55,428 bases of DNA from Actinomycetes bacterium (GTDB lineage: Bacteria; Actinomycetota; Actinomycetes; Mycobacteriales; Micromonosporaceae). Location: assembly GCA_021793335.1 (NCBI GenBank), contig JAJYSW010000001.1, forward strand, positions 1 to 55,428. The letters are read 5' to 3'. The notes beneath the pieces are model-generated. The model made no database searches. It was not told the DNA's origin and saw only the letters and a program-made list of their open reading frames with translations. The translations under genes were made by a program, and so were the position numbers. Shown here one piece after another: positions 9,952 to 20,785 of the stretch. Position 1 is the stretch's first letter. Every line of letters starts with the position of its first letter.

Positions 9952-9979
9952 TCGGCGATGTCGGTCGTCGGACCGGTCG

Positions 9980-11371
<1,392 letters not shown>

Positions 11372-11531
11372 CTACTTGGGGATCTCGGGCGTGTACAAAG
11401 CCGTTTCGGCCGTCTCAGTGAGTGAGCCCAGGCACGCGAGGAGTATTCGCCTTCAGGGAAGTCGCACGCGACACGCCACAACCGGACGGTCACGGACATC
11501 CCACCTTTCGGAACACGTCTACGCTGAGCCG

Positions 11532-12155
11532 GTGCGCAAAACGACGATTGAAGACTGGCTGACCGACCTCGCCTCGGAGCTTCCCGCCCCCGGCGGCGGC
11601 GCGGCGGCGGGCATGAGCGCGGCGACCGGCGCGGCCCTGGTGTCGATGGTGTGCAACCTGACGGTGGGGAAGCCGAAGTTCGCCGAACACGAGGAGGTCA
11701 TGCGCGAGGCGCTGGCCGAGGCCGAACGGCTCCGCGTCGAGGCGCTGGGCCTCGCCGAGGACGACGCGGAGGCCTTCTCGGGCGTGATGGCGGCCTATAA
11801 GCTCCCGAAGGGCACCGAGGAGGAGCGGGCCGCCCGCACCGCGGCGATCCAGGCCGGACTGGCCGAGGCCGCCGCAGTGCCGCTCGCCGTGGCGAAGGTC
11901 GCGGCACAGGTCGTCCGCGTCTCGGGCCGCATCCTCGACGGCTCGAACCCGAACGTGCTCTCGGACGTGGCCGTGGCCGCGTCGAGCGCGAAGTCGGCCC
12001 TGGAATCGGCGGCGCTGAACGTCGACATCAACCTGGCGTCGATCAAGGACGCCGAGGTGCGCGAACGGCTGGCGAGCGAGCTCAACGAGGCGCTCCAGGC
12101 GAAAGTGCAGGCCGAGGCGATCATGCAGGCCGTGGCGAAGAGGATCAGATCATGA
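11532..12155 (+). CDS. fchA: Cyclodeaminase/cyclohydrolase family (FTCD_C; methenyl-THF cyclohydrolase FchA-like)
   Basis: PAPGGGAAA, MVCNLTVGK, AYKLPK..EE...R, NPNVLSDV, LNVDINL. GTG at 11532 is preceded by TACGCT-N6. Confidence 0.88.
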   Translation: MRKTTIEDWLTDLASELPAPGGGAAAGMSAATGAALVSMVCNLTVGKPKFAEHEEVMREALAEAERLRVEALGLAEDDAEAFSGVMAAYKLPKGTEEERAARTAAIQAGLAEAAAVPLAVAKVAAQVVRVSGRILDGSNPNVLSDVAVAASSAKSALESAALNVDINLASIKDAEVRERLASELNEALQAKVQAEAIMQAVAKRIRS

Positions 12156-13006
12156 GAGAAATCGACGGGCGCGCGGCCGCGAAGGCGCTGCGCGAAGAGG
12201 TCGGCGAAGCGGCCGGGCGGCTCCGGGAGGCGGGTGTCGTGCCGACGCTCGCGGTCGTGGTGCCGACCGACGACGAGGGCACCGCCTGGTACGTGCGCTC
12301 CATCGCGAAGACCGCCGACAAGGTCGGGCTGCGGTGCCGCATCGAGCGCCTGGAGCAGCCGGGACGGGACGACATCGTCGCGAAGCTCCAAGAGCTCTCG
12401 GCCGACCCGGAGGTACACGGCGTCATCTGCCAGACGCCGCTGCCGGAGGGCGTGCAGCTGGCCGACCTGGGCGGCCACATCGACCCGCGCAAGGACATCG
12501 ACGGCGCGAACCCGCAGAGCCTCGGGCGGCTGGCGGCCGGACTGCGGACATGGGCCCCGGCGACGTCGGCGGCGGTGTTGGAGCTGCTGCGCCGCCAGGG
12601 CGTGGCGCTCAACGGCGCCCGCGCGGTGGTGGTCGGCCGCTCGACCGTGGTCGGCAAGCCCGCGGCGCTGCTGCTGCTGGCCGAATCGGCGACGGTCACG
12701 GTGTGCCACTCGCGCACCAAGGACCTCGCGGCGGTGTGCCGGGAGGCGGACGTGCTGGTGGCGGCGGTGGGACGCGCACGGATGATCGGCGCAGAGTTCG
12801 TCAGGCCCGGCGCGGTCGTGATCGACGTCGGCACGAACCCGACGCCGGACGGCGGTCTGGTCGGCGACGTCGACTATGAGACGGTGGCGCCGCTCGCAGG
12901 CGCGATCACCCCGGTCCCCGGCGGGGTCGGGCCGGTGACGACGATGCTGCTGCTGCGGAACACGGTCGAGGCCGCCGAGCTCGCGACGGCGGTCGGCAGC
13001 CCTTGA
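12152..13006 (+). CDS. folD: Methylene-THF dehydrogenase/cyclohydrolase family protein (YxxxK Lys replaced by Ile)
   Basis: QTPLP, KDIDG, VVGRSTVVGKP, TVTVCHSRT, VIDVGTN, ITPVPGGVGPVT. ATGA overlap with fchA. Confidence 0.93.
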   Translation: MREIDGRAAAKALREEVGEAAGRLREAGVVPTLAVVVPTDDEGTAWYVRSIAKTADKVGLRCRIERLEQPGRDDIVAKLQELSADPEVHGVICQTPLPEGVQLADLGGHIDPRKDIDGANPQSLGRLAAGLRTWAPATSAAVLELLRRQGVALNGARAVVVGRSTVVGKPAALLLLAESATVTVCHSRTKDLAAVCREADVLVAAVGRARMIGAEFVRPGAVVIDVGTNPTPDGGLVGDVDYETVAPLAGAITPVPGGVGPVTTMLLLRNTVEAAELATAVGSP

Positions 13007-13267
13007 GCGGCCGCGCGGGACTTCGGACCGATCGGGGCGAGGAGCGAACACTTCACCGAAGTGACGGATACCCGACAGACGGGATCGGCTACTCAGCGTA
13101 ATCTCAAAGATCCGCGGCGCTGATGCGATCCGGCCGAGGCCGGGACGACCGCGGTGCCCGGCCGAAAGCGCGCTGCGCCGGGCGGCCGGCCTTGAGCCGC
13201 CGGGGAGCTGATCGCGATGAACGTGAGGTCGGCAGGCTGCGGGAGCCCGCCGACGCCCCTGGAAAAG

Positions 13268-13308
13268 CCGTTGGCGCGCCCGGTCCGTCAGACCGGGCGC
13301 GCCAATGG
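13268..13308. terminator. Stem-loop between convergent folD and pfk
   Basis: ccgttggcgcgcccggtc-cgtca-gaccgggcgcgccaatgg, an 18-bp stem with one G-T pair. Confidence 0.7.
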
Positions 13309-13354
13309 TGTGTCTTGAGCGCGGCCGGCCCCGGCGGGACCGGCCCGTCGGGGC

Positions 13355-14383
13355 TCACACCCCGAAGAAGACCTCGGCGTCACGGTAGCGTTCGACCGGG
13401 ACGACCTTGAGCACATCGGTGCCCTCGTGGATCGGGATGCGGACGATGTTCGTGCCCTGGAGCGCCATCATCTTGCCGAAGTCGCCGTCGTTCACGGCGG
13501 CGGCGGCCTCCAGACCGAGGCGGGTCGCCAGGACCCGGTCGAACGCGGTCGGCGTGCCGCCGCGCTGGAGGTGGCCCAGAACGATCGCGCGGGTCTCCGA
13601 ACCGGTGCGCTTCTTGATCTCGTCGGCGACCCAGTCGCCCACGCCGCCGAGCTTGACGTGGCCGAACGCGTCGACCTCGCCGTCTTTGAGCTGCATCTCG
13701 CCGCCCTTGGCGATGGCGCCCTCGGAGACGGCGACGATGGTCGACTTGCCGGCGTCCATGCGGTCCTTGACGAAGTCGGACACCCGCTGCATGTCGAACT
13801 CGACCTCGGGGATGAGCACCACGTTGGCGCCGCCGGCGATGCCGGCGTGCAGGGTCATCCAACCGGCGTGTCGGCCCATGACCTCGACGACGATGCAGCG
13901 GTCGTGCGACTCGGCGGTGGTCCACAGCCGGTCGATCGCCTCGGTGGCGATGTTGACGGCGGTGTCGAAGCCGAAGGTGTAATCGGTGCCCGACAGGTCG
14001 TTGTCGATGGTCTTCGGGACGCCAACGCAGTTGACGCCGTCGGCGGTCAGCTTCGTGGCCACGCCCAGGGTGTCCTCGCCGCCGATGGCGATCAGCGCGT
14101 CGACGCCCAGGTCCGCCATGTTCTTCTTGATCGCCTCGACCGCACCCTCCATCTTGTAGGGGTTGGTGCGGGAGGAGTGGAGGATCGTGCCGCCCTTGTC
14201 GAGGATGCCTTCGACGGTGTCCCAGTCCAACGGCTGCGTGATGCCTTCGATCGGGCCCCTCCAGCCGTAGCGGAAGCCCACGAACTCGTGACCGTATTCC
14301 TTGGTTCCTTTGCGGACCGCGGCGCGGATGACCGCGTTGAGACCGGGGCAGTCGCCGCCGCCGGTGAGCACGCCAATGCGCAT
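13355..14383 (-). CDS. pfkA: 6-phosphofructokinase (group III, ATP/PPi)
   Basis: TGGGDCPGLN, GGTILHSSR, IGGEDT, PKTIDND, EVMGRHAGW, LGHLQRGG. Confidence 0.95.
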   Translation of the reverse strand: MRIGVLTGGGDCPGLNAVIRAAVRKGTKEYGHEFVGFRYGWRGPIEGITQPLDWDTVEGILDKGGTILHSSRTNPYKMEGAVEAIKKNMADLGVDALIAIGGEDTLGVATKLTADGVNCVGVPKTIDNDLSGTDYTFGFDTAVNIATEAIDRLWTTAESHDRCIVVEVMGRHAGWMTLHAGIAGGANVVLIPEVEFDMQRVSDFVKDRMDAGKSTIVAVSEGAIAKGGEMQLKDGEVDAFGHVKLGGVGDWVADEIKKRTGSETRAIVLGHLQRGGTPTAFDRVLATRLGLEAAAAVNDGDFGKMMALQGTNIVRIPIHEGTDVLKVVPVERYRDAEVFFGV

Positions 14384-14523
14384 GCGTCGTACTCCCTAGA
14401 GTGAGATCTGTCAACTGGGCGGCTTCATTGCCGAAACTGCACTCAGCCTATCTCGGCACTTCGCGGCGGAGGGGCGGGGCCGTGGAAGCCGTGGCGCATC
14501 GGCCGGGGCGGCTTCGGGTCCGG

Positions 14524-15066
14524 TCAGCGCCGACCGAGCACGGGACGTTCCCTGCGAGCGGCCTCCAGGCACTGCCAGCGGGCGAGGTTGAGCTTGGCGT
14601 CGGTCAGTGCGTCGTGGAGATCGGCGTCGGGAGCGACGGGCAGTTCCGGTCGGTTCAGATCGTCCCAGCGCTGGCGCAGGTCCTTGGTCATTCGCGGCAG
14701 AGCGCGCGGCAGTTCCGGCATGGCGCCCCACAGCTGCGCGAACACCACGTGATCGTAGGCCCCGTACCAGGCCCACAGCTCGATGCGCTCCCCCGGGTGC
14801 GAACCGGTCTTCTTGCGCACCGGCGAGACCAGGAATTCGTATAGCTCGTCGCGGATGGTCGCGCGGTCCTTCCATAGCGGACTGGCCGGCCCGGGGAGCT
14901 TATCGAGTACATTGCGCCGCACCCACTCTATGGCCCTGGAGGGATCGAATTCCGTGGAGACGGCGTAATACTCGCGACCGAGTTCGTCCACGACGCCGAT
15001 GGAGACCAGGTCGATGGTGCGCCCGTCCTCGATGAACTCGCAGTCGTAGAAGTATCGATACGCCAC
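14524..15066 (-). CDS. Polyadenylate-specific 3'-exoribonuclease AS (DEDDh)
   Basis: YFYDCEFIEDGRTIDLVSIG, WAWYGAYDHV, HDALTDA. GTG at 15066. Confidence 0.9.
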   Translation of the reverse strand: MAYRYFYDCEFIEDGRTIDLVSIGVVDELGREYYAVSTEFDPSRAIEWVRRNVLDKLPGPASPLWKDRATIRDELYEFLVSPVRKKTGSHPGERIELWAWYGAYDHVVFAQLWGAMPELPRALPRMTKDLRQRWDDLNRPELPVAPDADLHDALTDAKLNLARWQCLEAARRERPVLGRR

Positions 15067-15391
15067 GCATCGGCCTTTCATAGGATCTCGGGCGGCGGCT
15101 GCAGACCTCGGTGGCCCTCGCCCGTATGTCGCCGGACTCGGGTCGACGCTACGCCATACGATCTTATAGCCGATATCTGACCTCCCGAGCCGACCACGAG
15201 CCATCCGGTATCGGACATTACATGATAAAACACCCATATATGTTCGCACATTCGGTCGAGCGACAATCGTTCCATCTGAACACACGCCCCAACGGAGAGT
15301 GAAGTTTCATGCAATAGGCCCTGTACAACGACGGAAAAGACAGCGATCATCGGAGGGAACCCGGACCGGTCCCACCGAAAGGGGAAGAACC

Positions 15392-16084
15392 ATGGGTGTC
15401 AACCCATCTGAAGACCCGCTAGCAGGCGTCGCCATGTTCGCCGGCCTCGACCCGCAGGCCCGGCGCAAGATCGCCGACGTGGCGGTACCCCGCCACTATC
15501 GTCGAGGGCGCCTGCTGTTCTTCGAAGGCGAGGCAGGCGAGTCTTTGATCATGATCCGTTCGGGGGCGGTGAGCGTCTTCCGCACCGCCGCGACCGGCGA
15601 GCGGGCGATGCTGCACGTCGCGCGCGCTCCCGAGGTCCTCGGTGAGGTGTCGCTACTGGACGGATCGCCGCGTTCGGCCTCGGCGGAGGCGCTGGAGGAG
15701 ACCTCGGCACTGGCGCTGGCCCGCTCATCGTTCCTGGAACTGGTCCACGGCAGCCCCAAGATGCTGGACGCGGTGCTGCGATCGATGGGCATGATCGTCC
15801 GCCGCCTCACCGAGCAGTCCTCGGACCACGTGTTCCTCGATCTTCCAGGGCGGGTGGCGAAGACACTGGTGCGGCTGGCCGAGCAGCACTCCTCCCCCAT
15901 GACGACCATCGAGCTGAACCAGACACAACTGGCCGAGATGGCCGGCGGCTCACGCCAGAGCGTCAACCAGGCGATCGGGATCTTCGCCAACCGCGGCTGG
16001 CTGCGGACCGAGGGACGCAAGATCGTCGTCGTGGACCTGGCCGCACTGCGTCGCAGGGCGGGCTTCGGCGGGGGCGAAGGATGA
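15392..16084 (+). CDS. Crp/Fnr-family transcriptional regulator
   Basis: cNMP motif GEVSLLDGSPRSASA; DLPGRVAK; HTH QTQLAEMAGGSRQSVNQ. Confidence 0.93.
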   Translation: MGVNPSEDPLAGVAMFAGLDPQARRKIADVAVPRHYRRGRLLFFEGEAGESLIMIRSGAVSVFRTAATGERAMLHVARAPEVLGEVSLLDGSPRSASAEALEETSALALARSSFLELVHGSPKMLDAVLRSMGMIVRRLTEQSSDHVFLDLPGRVAKTLVRLAEQHSSPMTTIELNQTQLAEMAGGSRQSVNQAIGIFANRGWLRTEGRKIVVVDLAALRRRAGFGGGEG

Positions 16085-16176
16085 GTCGCGACGGCGTGCG
16101 CCGAGGGACCGACCCGGCGATGCGGCTCAACGCTCCACGAGAATGACGGAGACGAGAAGGGCACGCCCGTCCGGGT

Positions 16177-16857
16177 TCAGGCGTCCTGGCCCTTCTTCTT
16201 GATCTTCGCGGCGTACTCGTCGACGTAGTCCTGACCCGACAGCTCACGGAGCGCGTCCATGATCTCGTCGGTCACCGCCCGCTCGACGGTCCGGTCCCCC
16301 ACCAGACCCGAGTAGCGGCCGAAGTGCAGCGGCGGCCCGATCTTGATGCGGGCCCGCCCCAAACGCGGCAATCGCTTCCCGATCGGTTGCAGCTCACCGG
16401 TGTTCATCATGGCCACCGGCACCACCGGAGCGCCGGTCTCCAGCGCCAGGCGCGCCACACCCGTCTTCCCGCGGTACAGCCGCCCATCGGGAGAGCGCGT
16501 CCCCTCAGGGTAGATCCCGAACAGGTCCCCTCCCGAGAGCACACGTTTGCCGGTACCGAGGGAGGCCTGTGCGGCGTCGCCGCCCGCCCGGTCCACCGGG
16601 ATCGCACCCACCGCGCCCATGAACACGCGCGTGAGCCGGCCTTTGAACCCGCGTCCGGTGAAGTAGTCCGATTTCGCGATGAAGGTGATGTGGCGTTTGA
16701 CCACCAGCGGCAGGAAGACGGAGTCGAACACCGCCAGATGATTGCTCGCCAGGATGGCGGGCCCCGATTCGGGCACGTGGCGGAGCCCTTCGACCTGAGG
16801 ACGCCAGATCGCCCATATGAGCGGGCCCAGCACCGCTTTCAACACCCGATAGATCAC
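16177..16857 (-). CDS. plsC: 1-acyl-sn-glycerol-3-phosphate acyltransferase
   Basis: ASNHLAVFD (HxxxxD), FIAKSDYF, YPEGTRSPDGRL. GTG at 16857. Confidence 0.92.
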   Translation of the reverse strand: MIYRVLKAVLGPLIWAIWRPQVEGLRHVPESGPAILASNHLAVFDSVFLPLVVKRHITFIAKSDYFTGRGFKGRLTRVFMGAVGAIPVDRAGGDAAQASLGTGKRVLSGGDLFGIYPEGTRSPDGRLYRGKTGVARLALETGAPVVPVAMMNTGELQPIGKRLPRLGRARIKIGPPLHFGRYSGLVGDRTVERAVTDEIMDALRELSGQDYVDEYAAKIKKKGQDA

Positions 16858-17002
16858 GGAATCAAGCGTATAGCCACCGATCAATCGCAGACCGACCCGC
16901 GTCCACACCGGCCCGGGGCGCGTCCGCGCGGTGGCCGCCCTGGTCCGGTCCGTGCGAGAATGGGCGAGCGGTACGAAACGGGACCAGACGCTGGGAGGCG
17001 GA

Positions 17003-17773
17003 GTGTCAACCGAATCCGAGGCGTTCACGTTCGACGTCGGCCCGGACGCCGAGGCCACGATGCTGCTCTGCCACGGCTTCACCGGGAACCCGTCGAGCCT
17101 GCGCCCCTGGGGCGAGCATCTTCGCGACGCGGGGTACAACGTCATCTGTCCGCTCCTTCCCGGGCACGGGCTGCCCTGGCGCGAGCTGGCCAAGACCCGC
17201 TGGCCCGACTGGTACGGCGCGATCGACCGGAGTCTGGACGCGGCGCTCGACCTCGGTCGGCCCGTCTTCGCGGGCGGCCTGTCGATGGGCGGCACCCTGG
17301 CGCTGCGTCTCGCCGAGCACCGCGGGGCCGAACTCAGCGGCCTGGTGCTGGTCAACCCGGCCATCTACGACGACAAGCCGCACGGCTTCTTGGCCCCCGT
17401 GCTGCGCCATATCGTTCCCAGTGTCGGAGCGATCGGCTCCGACCTGGCCAAACCGGACACGCGCGAGCAGACGAGCGACCGGACGCCGCTGGCGGCCTTC
17501 GCGTCGCTGCGGCGGCTGTGGCGGGACACCCGCGCGGGGCTGCCGCGCGTCACCGTTCCGGTCCGTATCTTCACCAGCGCCGTGGACCACGTCGTCCACC
17601 CGCGCAACAGCGCCGTCGTCCGTGCCGGGATCCGCTCCAAGGACGTCGAGTCGACCATCCTGCCTCGCAGCTACCATGTGGCTACCCTCGACTACGACGC
17701 GGAGACCGTCTTCTCCGGAACCGTCGAGTTCATGACCAGGCAGTTGGCCGAGACCCGAGGTGTCCATGACTGA
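17003..17773 (+). CDS. Carboxylesterase/monoacylglycerol lipase (alpha/beta hydrolase)
   Basis: HGFTG, LPGHG, GLSMGG, DHVV, SYHVATLD triad motifs. GTG at 17003 follows GGAGG. Confidence 0.92.
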   Translation: MSTESEAFTFDVGPDAEATMLLCHGFTGNPSSLRPWGEHLRDAGYNVICPLLPGHGLPWRELAKTRWPDWYGAIDRSLDAALDLGRPVFAGGLSMGGTLALRLAEHRGAELSGLVLVNPAIYDDKPHGFLAPVLRHIVPSVGAIGSDLAKPDTREQTSDRTPLAAFASLRRLWRDTRAGLPRVTVPVRIFTSAVDHVVHPRNSAVVRAGIRSKDVESTILPRSYHVATLDYDAETVFSGTVEFMTRQLAETRGVHD

Positions 17774-18227
17774 TCGCGAAGAACCCGAGTCGGGCGGCGA
17801 GATGCGGCCCGAGGACGTCGACCGGCGGTTCAACGAGCTCATCCGCGACCTCGACACCGACACCGCGGCCGAGGAGGACCAGCCGGAGCCCGAACCGGCG
17901 GCGCAGCCGCCGCCTCTTCCCGAGGAGGAGGACGAGCCGACGCTGCTGGAGTTGTGGGACGCCGAGCTGCCGGAGGACGAGGACGAAGAGGACTACATTC
18001 CGCCCGACCCGCCGCCGATGCCGTGGCCGAGCCTGCCGGCGATCGGCGGCGTCCTGTGCGTCCTCGGAGGTCTGCTGCTGCTGGTGCGGCCGGGCATCGC
18101 CCCGCTGGGGACGAACCCGGGCCGGCTGATCGGGTTCATGGCGTTCGTGTTCGGGGTGTGGCTGCTGGTCAACCGGCTTCGAGACGATCCTTCGGAGGAC
18201 GATCGGGACAACGGTGCCGTCGTTTAG
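17766..18227 (+). CDS. Conserved actinobacterial membrane protein
   Basis: Acidic N-terminus, YIPPDPPP, two TM helices, C-terminal DNGAVV. Confidence 0.8.
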   Translation: MTDREEPESGGEMRPEDVDRRFNELIRDLDTDTAAEEDQPEPEPAAQPPPLPEEEDEPTLLELWDAELPEDEDEEDYIPPDPPPMPWPSLPAIGGVLCVLGGLLLLVRPGIAPLGTNPGRLIGFMAFVFGVWLLVNRLRDDPSEDDRDNGAVV

Positions 18228-18396
18228 GGCCCGTTCAAGCGCCCGGCACGGGCGCCGCCCGAACCGCTCGCCGCGTTGTCGGGCCTCCTGAATCCGATAC
18301 CGGGGCCGGGAGGCCCTCCGTCTTTCGAGCGGGTACCTGGGCGGGGACACCACCTCGCCCCGAGTCCTGCAACCGGCTCCAGCCTCAGAGACTCGG

Positions 18397-19026
18397 TCAG
18401 TCCCTGTTGCCGAGCCAGGACAGGATCGCGTCCAGCAACCCTTCGGCGCCGGGCCCGGTGAAGACGCCCGCGGCGTCGCCGGCGAACGTCAACGGCGCGA
18501 CACCATAGGCACCGGCGACCGCCTGTGTCGCTTTGGACTGGGCGTCGGCCTCGCCGACGGCCAGGAGCACTCTCGGAGCGCCGACCGGTTTCGGTGGCTG
18601 CTTCGGCATCTGCCGCGGCGCGACCAGGACCAGCGCGGCGGCCGGGTAGCGGGCCGCCGCCAGAGCGGCCCAGGCCGCTCCGCGGCCGTGTCCGACCAGG
18701 ACGGCCTGGCGGGGAAGCCCGGTCGCGGCTTGGACGACGTCGTGAGCGCAGGCGTCCGGACCGCCGGGGGCGGCCGGCGTATTGCCCTGGCCTCGGACGC
18801 TGACGGCGGCGGCATGGCGACCCGAACCGGCGATGCGCTTGAGCCACAGCGCATTGAAAGCGGACGCGCCGGCGCTCTCGCCGGTGCAGCACAGGACCGG
18901 GGAGGCTTCGGGATCATCGCTGATCTCGGCGTCGAGCAGATCCATGGGCTCGATGACGATGACCTCGCGCTCGACGGGGGCGGGCTCGGGGGTGCGGGTG
19001 CGCCGGACCCAGGCTTGCAGGCTCAC
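18397..19026 (-). CDS. Degenerate alpha/beta-hydrolase-fold protein
   Basis: AVSVRGQG, HDVVQAA, VLVGHGRG (elbow without Ser), LVLVAP. GTGA-coupled to the FMO. Confidence 0.7.
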   Translation of the reverse strand: MSLQAWVRRTRTPEPAPVEREVIVIEPMDLLDAEISDDPEASPVLCCTGESAGASAFNALWLKRIAGSGRHAAAVSVRGQGNTPAAPGGPDACAHDVVQAATGLPRQAVLVGHGRGAAWAALAAARYPAAALVLVAPRQMPKQPPKPVGAPRVLLAVGEADAQSKATQAVAGAYGVAPLTFAGDAAGVFTGPGAEGLLDAILSWLGNRD

Positions 19027-20378
19027 TGCGCGGGCTCCTGTTCGAGTGTGTCGATGATGCGGCCCAGGCCGGCGAGGTATTCCTCGGCGTCGACGGCCAG
19101 GCGGTGGCGGGAGGAGACCCCGGTCGACTCGACGGCGTACTGAGCCGATTCCGCGACGACCTGCTGACGGAAATTCACGGCCCGTTCGGGGTCGCCCTTG
19201 CGGATGTGCAACCAGTGGGCGATCGCGTGGGTCTGCCAGTGCATGATCGGGAGCGTGCCGACGCCCGGTTCGACGAGTCCGGCGACGGCGAGGGTCTCCA
19301 CATGCGGGGAGAACATGCGGGCATGCAGCCTGGGGTAGGGGTCCTCGCCCTCGATGCCGAGGAGTTTCGGCGGGCAGCAGGCGATCTGAGGCCGGTATCC
19401 GGTGGCGAAGACGACGACGTCGGGGCGCGTGGCGGTGCCGTCGGTGAAGAACACTTCGCCGCCCTCGAATCGGGCGATTTCGGGACGGCGGTCGATGGCG
19501 CCGTCGCCGACGTGTTCGAGGTAGCGGCCGTTGCGAACGGGCTCTTCATCAGCGTGCCCGTGGTCGGGCGGTGTTATGCCCATGCGGTCGGCCAGTGCTC
19601 GCGGGCCCTTGAGGAGGCGGTCGACGAGGAGACCGCGCAGCCAACGCGGGCGGCGGCGCAGTCGCGCGAGGGCGTAGTCGGAGGGCTCGCCACCGAGGTA
19701 TTTCGGCAGGTGCCAGTAGCCGCGGCGCACGGAGTGGACGCAGGAGGCGGCGTTCACGGCGGCTTCGCAGGCGATGTCGACACCGGAGTTGCCGCTGCCG
19801 ACGACGAGGACCTTCTTGCCACGCAGGCGGGAACCGTCTCCCAATCTGGAGGAGTGCAGGACGGTGCCGCCGAACAGGTCCTGCCCGGGATAGGAAGGCA
19901 GGTTCGGGGCCCAGTGGTGACCGGTGGCGATGATGACCGCGCCGTATCGCAGGCGGCGGGCGGCCGATCCGGCGGCGGGTTTGACGACGACTTCGAAGCG
20001 GGAGCCTTCGACGGGTTCGATGTGTGAGATCTCGGAGCCGTACCAGATGTGCTCGGCCAGCCCGAAGTGGGCGGCGTAGCGCTTGAGGTAATCGAGCATC
20101 TGCACGGACGAGGGGTAGTCGGGCCAGTCGTCGGGCATCGGGAAGTCGGGGATCTCGGTCTGGGAGCGGGAGGTCACCAGGTGCGTATTGGGGTAGAGGG
20201 GGCTGTGCTGGTTCTCGGGGTTCCATAGGCCGCCGAGAACGGTGTCGCGTTCGTAGCAGTCCACTTCGAAGCCGTTCTCGCGGAGGTTCTTGACCGCGAT
20301 CAGGCCCGCGGCTCCGGCTCCGATGACACAGACGGCCTCGCCACGGTCGTAGGCGGCTTGGGAGGAGTACTCCTGCAA
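19023..20378 (-). CDS. Flavin-containing monooxygenase (class B)
   Basis: VIGAGAAG, GGLW, FGGTVLHS, VVGSGNSGVDIA, FATGY. TTG start follows AAGGAG. Confidence 0.92.
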   Translation of the reverse strand: MQEYSSQAAYDRGEAVCVIGAGAAGLIAVKNLRENGFEVDCYERDTVLGGLWNPENQHSPLYPNTHLVTSRSQTEIPDFPMPDDWPDYPSSVQMLDYLKRYAAHFGLAEHIWYGSEISHIEPVEGSRFEVVVKPAAGSAARRLRYGAVIIATGHHWAPNLPSYPGQDLFGGTVLHSSRLGDGSRLRGKKVLVVGSGNSGVDIACEAAVNAASCVHSVRRGYWHLPKYLGGEPSDYALARLRRRPRWLRGLLVDRLLKGPRALADRMGITPPDHGHADEEPVRNGRYLEHVGDGAIDRRPEIARFEGGEVFFTDGTATRPDVVVFATGYRPQIACCPPKLLGIEGEDPYPRLHARMFSPHVETLAVAGLVEPGVGTLPIMHWQTHAIAHWLHIRKGDPERAVNFRQQVVAESAQYAVESTGVSSRHRLAVDAEEYLAGLGRIIDTLEQEPAQ

Positions 20379-20761
20379 GGGGCTTGCTCCTTCTGCTGGG
20401 GCGACGGATCGAGACCGGGTCGGCGCTTCCCCGCGTACGTCAGGCCAGCGAGGCGGCGCCGAGAGACTGAGAGCAGATTACCGTGAAGGAGGTTCGCACC
20501 TGCGAGGGAGGTGGGCTGCGCGCGTACTGTTCGAGCTGTGGAAACATCCCTCGGGTGCGGCCGCCGTGTTCCATGGGGAAGGACAGGCCGCGGTGGACTC
20601 GCATCGGCCGGCGAAGGAGGTCCTCCCCCCGGCGGGTGGCGGATTCTCGTCGGCGAACGCGCGGGGCACGGTCACACCGCTGCCGGCGGCGATCCCGCTG
20701 GCGCTGACACGGCATCGACACCCTCCGCCCTTAGTTTACTGTGGACGCCGAGGAGGGGGTT

Positions 20762-20785
20762 GAGGATCGCTTCGGCGGTTTTCTT
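20762..20785 (+). terminator. C(UUCG)G hairpin with U-rich tail, no annotated + strand gene upstream
   Basis: GAGGATCGC-TTCG-GCGGTTTTC-TT. All 9 pairs form on the + strand, three of them G-U. Confidence 0.45.

Noticed and set aside
11400-11480. ZMP/ZTP riboswitch near fchA-folD
   Set aside because: Only a gtgcctgggc word on the wrong strand; the 5' core is absent and fchA looks leaderless.
14401-14414. Crp site (GTGA-N6-TCAA) upstream of pfk
   Set aside because: A single imperfect match, and the neighbouring Crp paralog has a non-canonical recognition helix.
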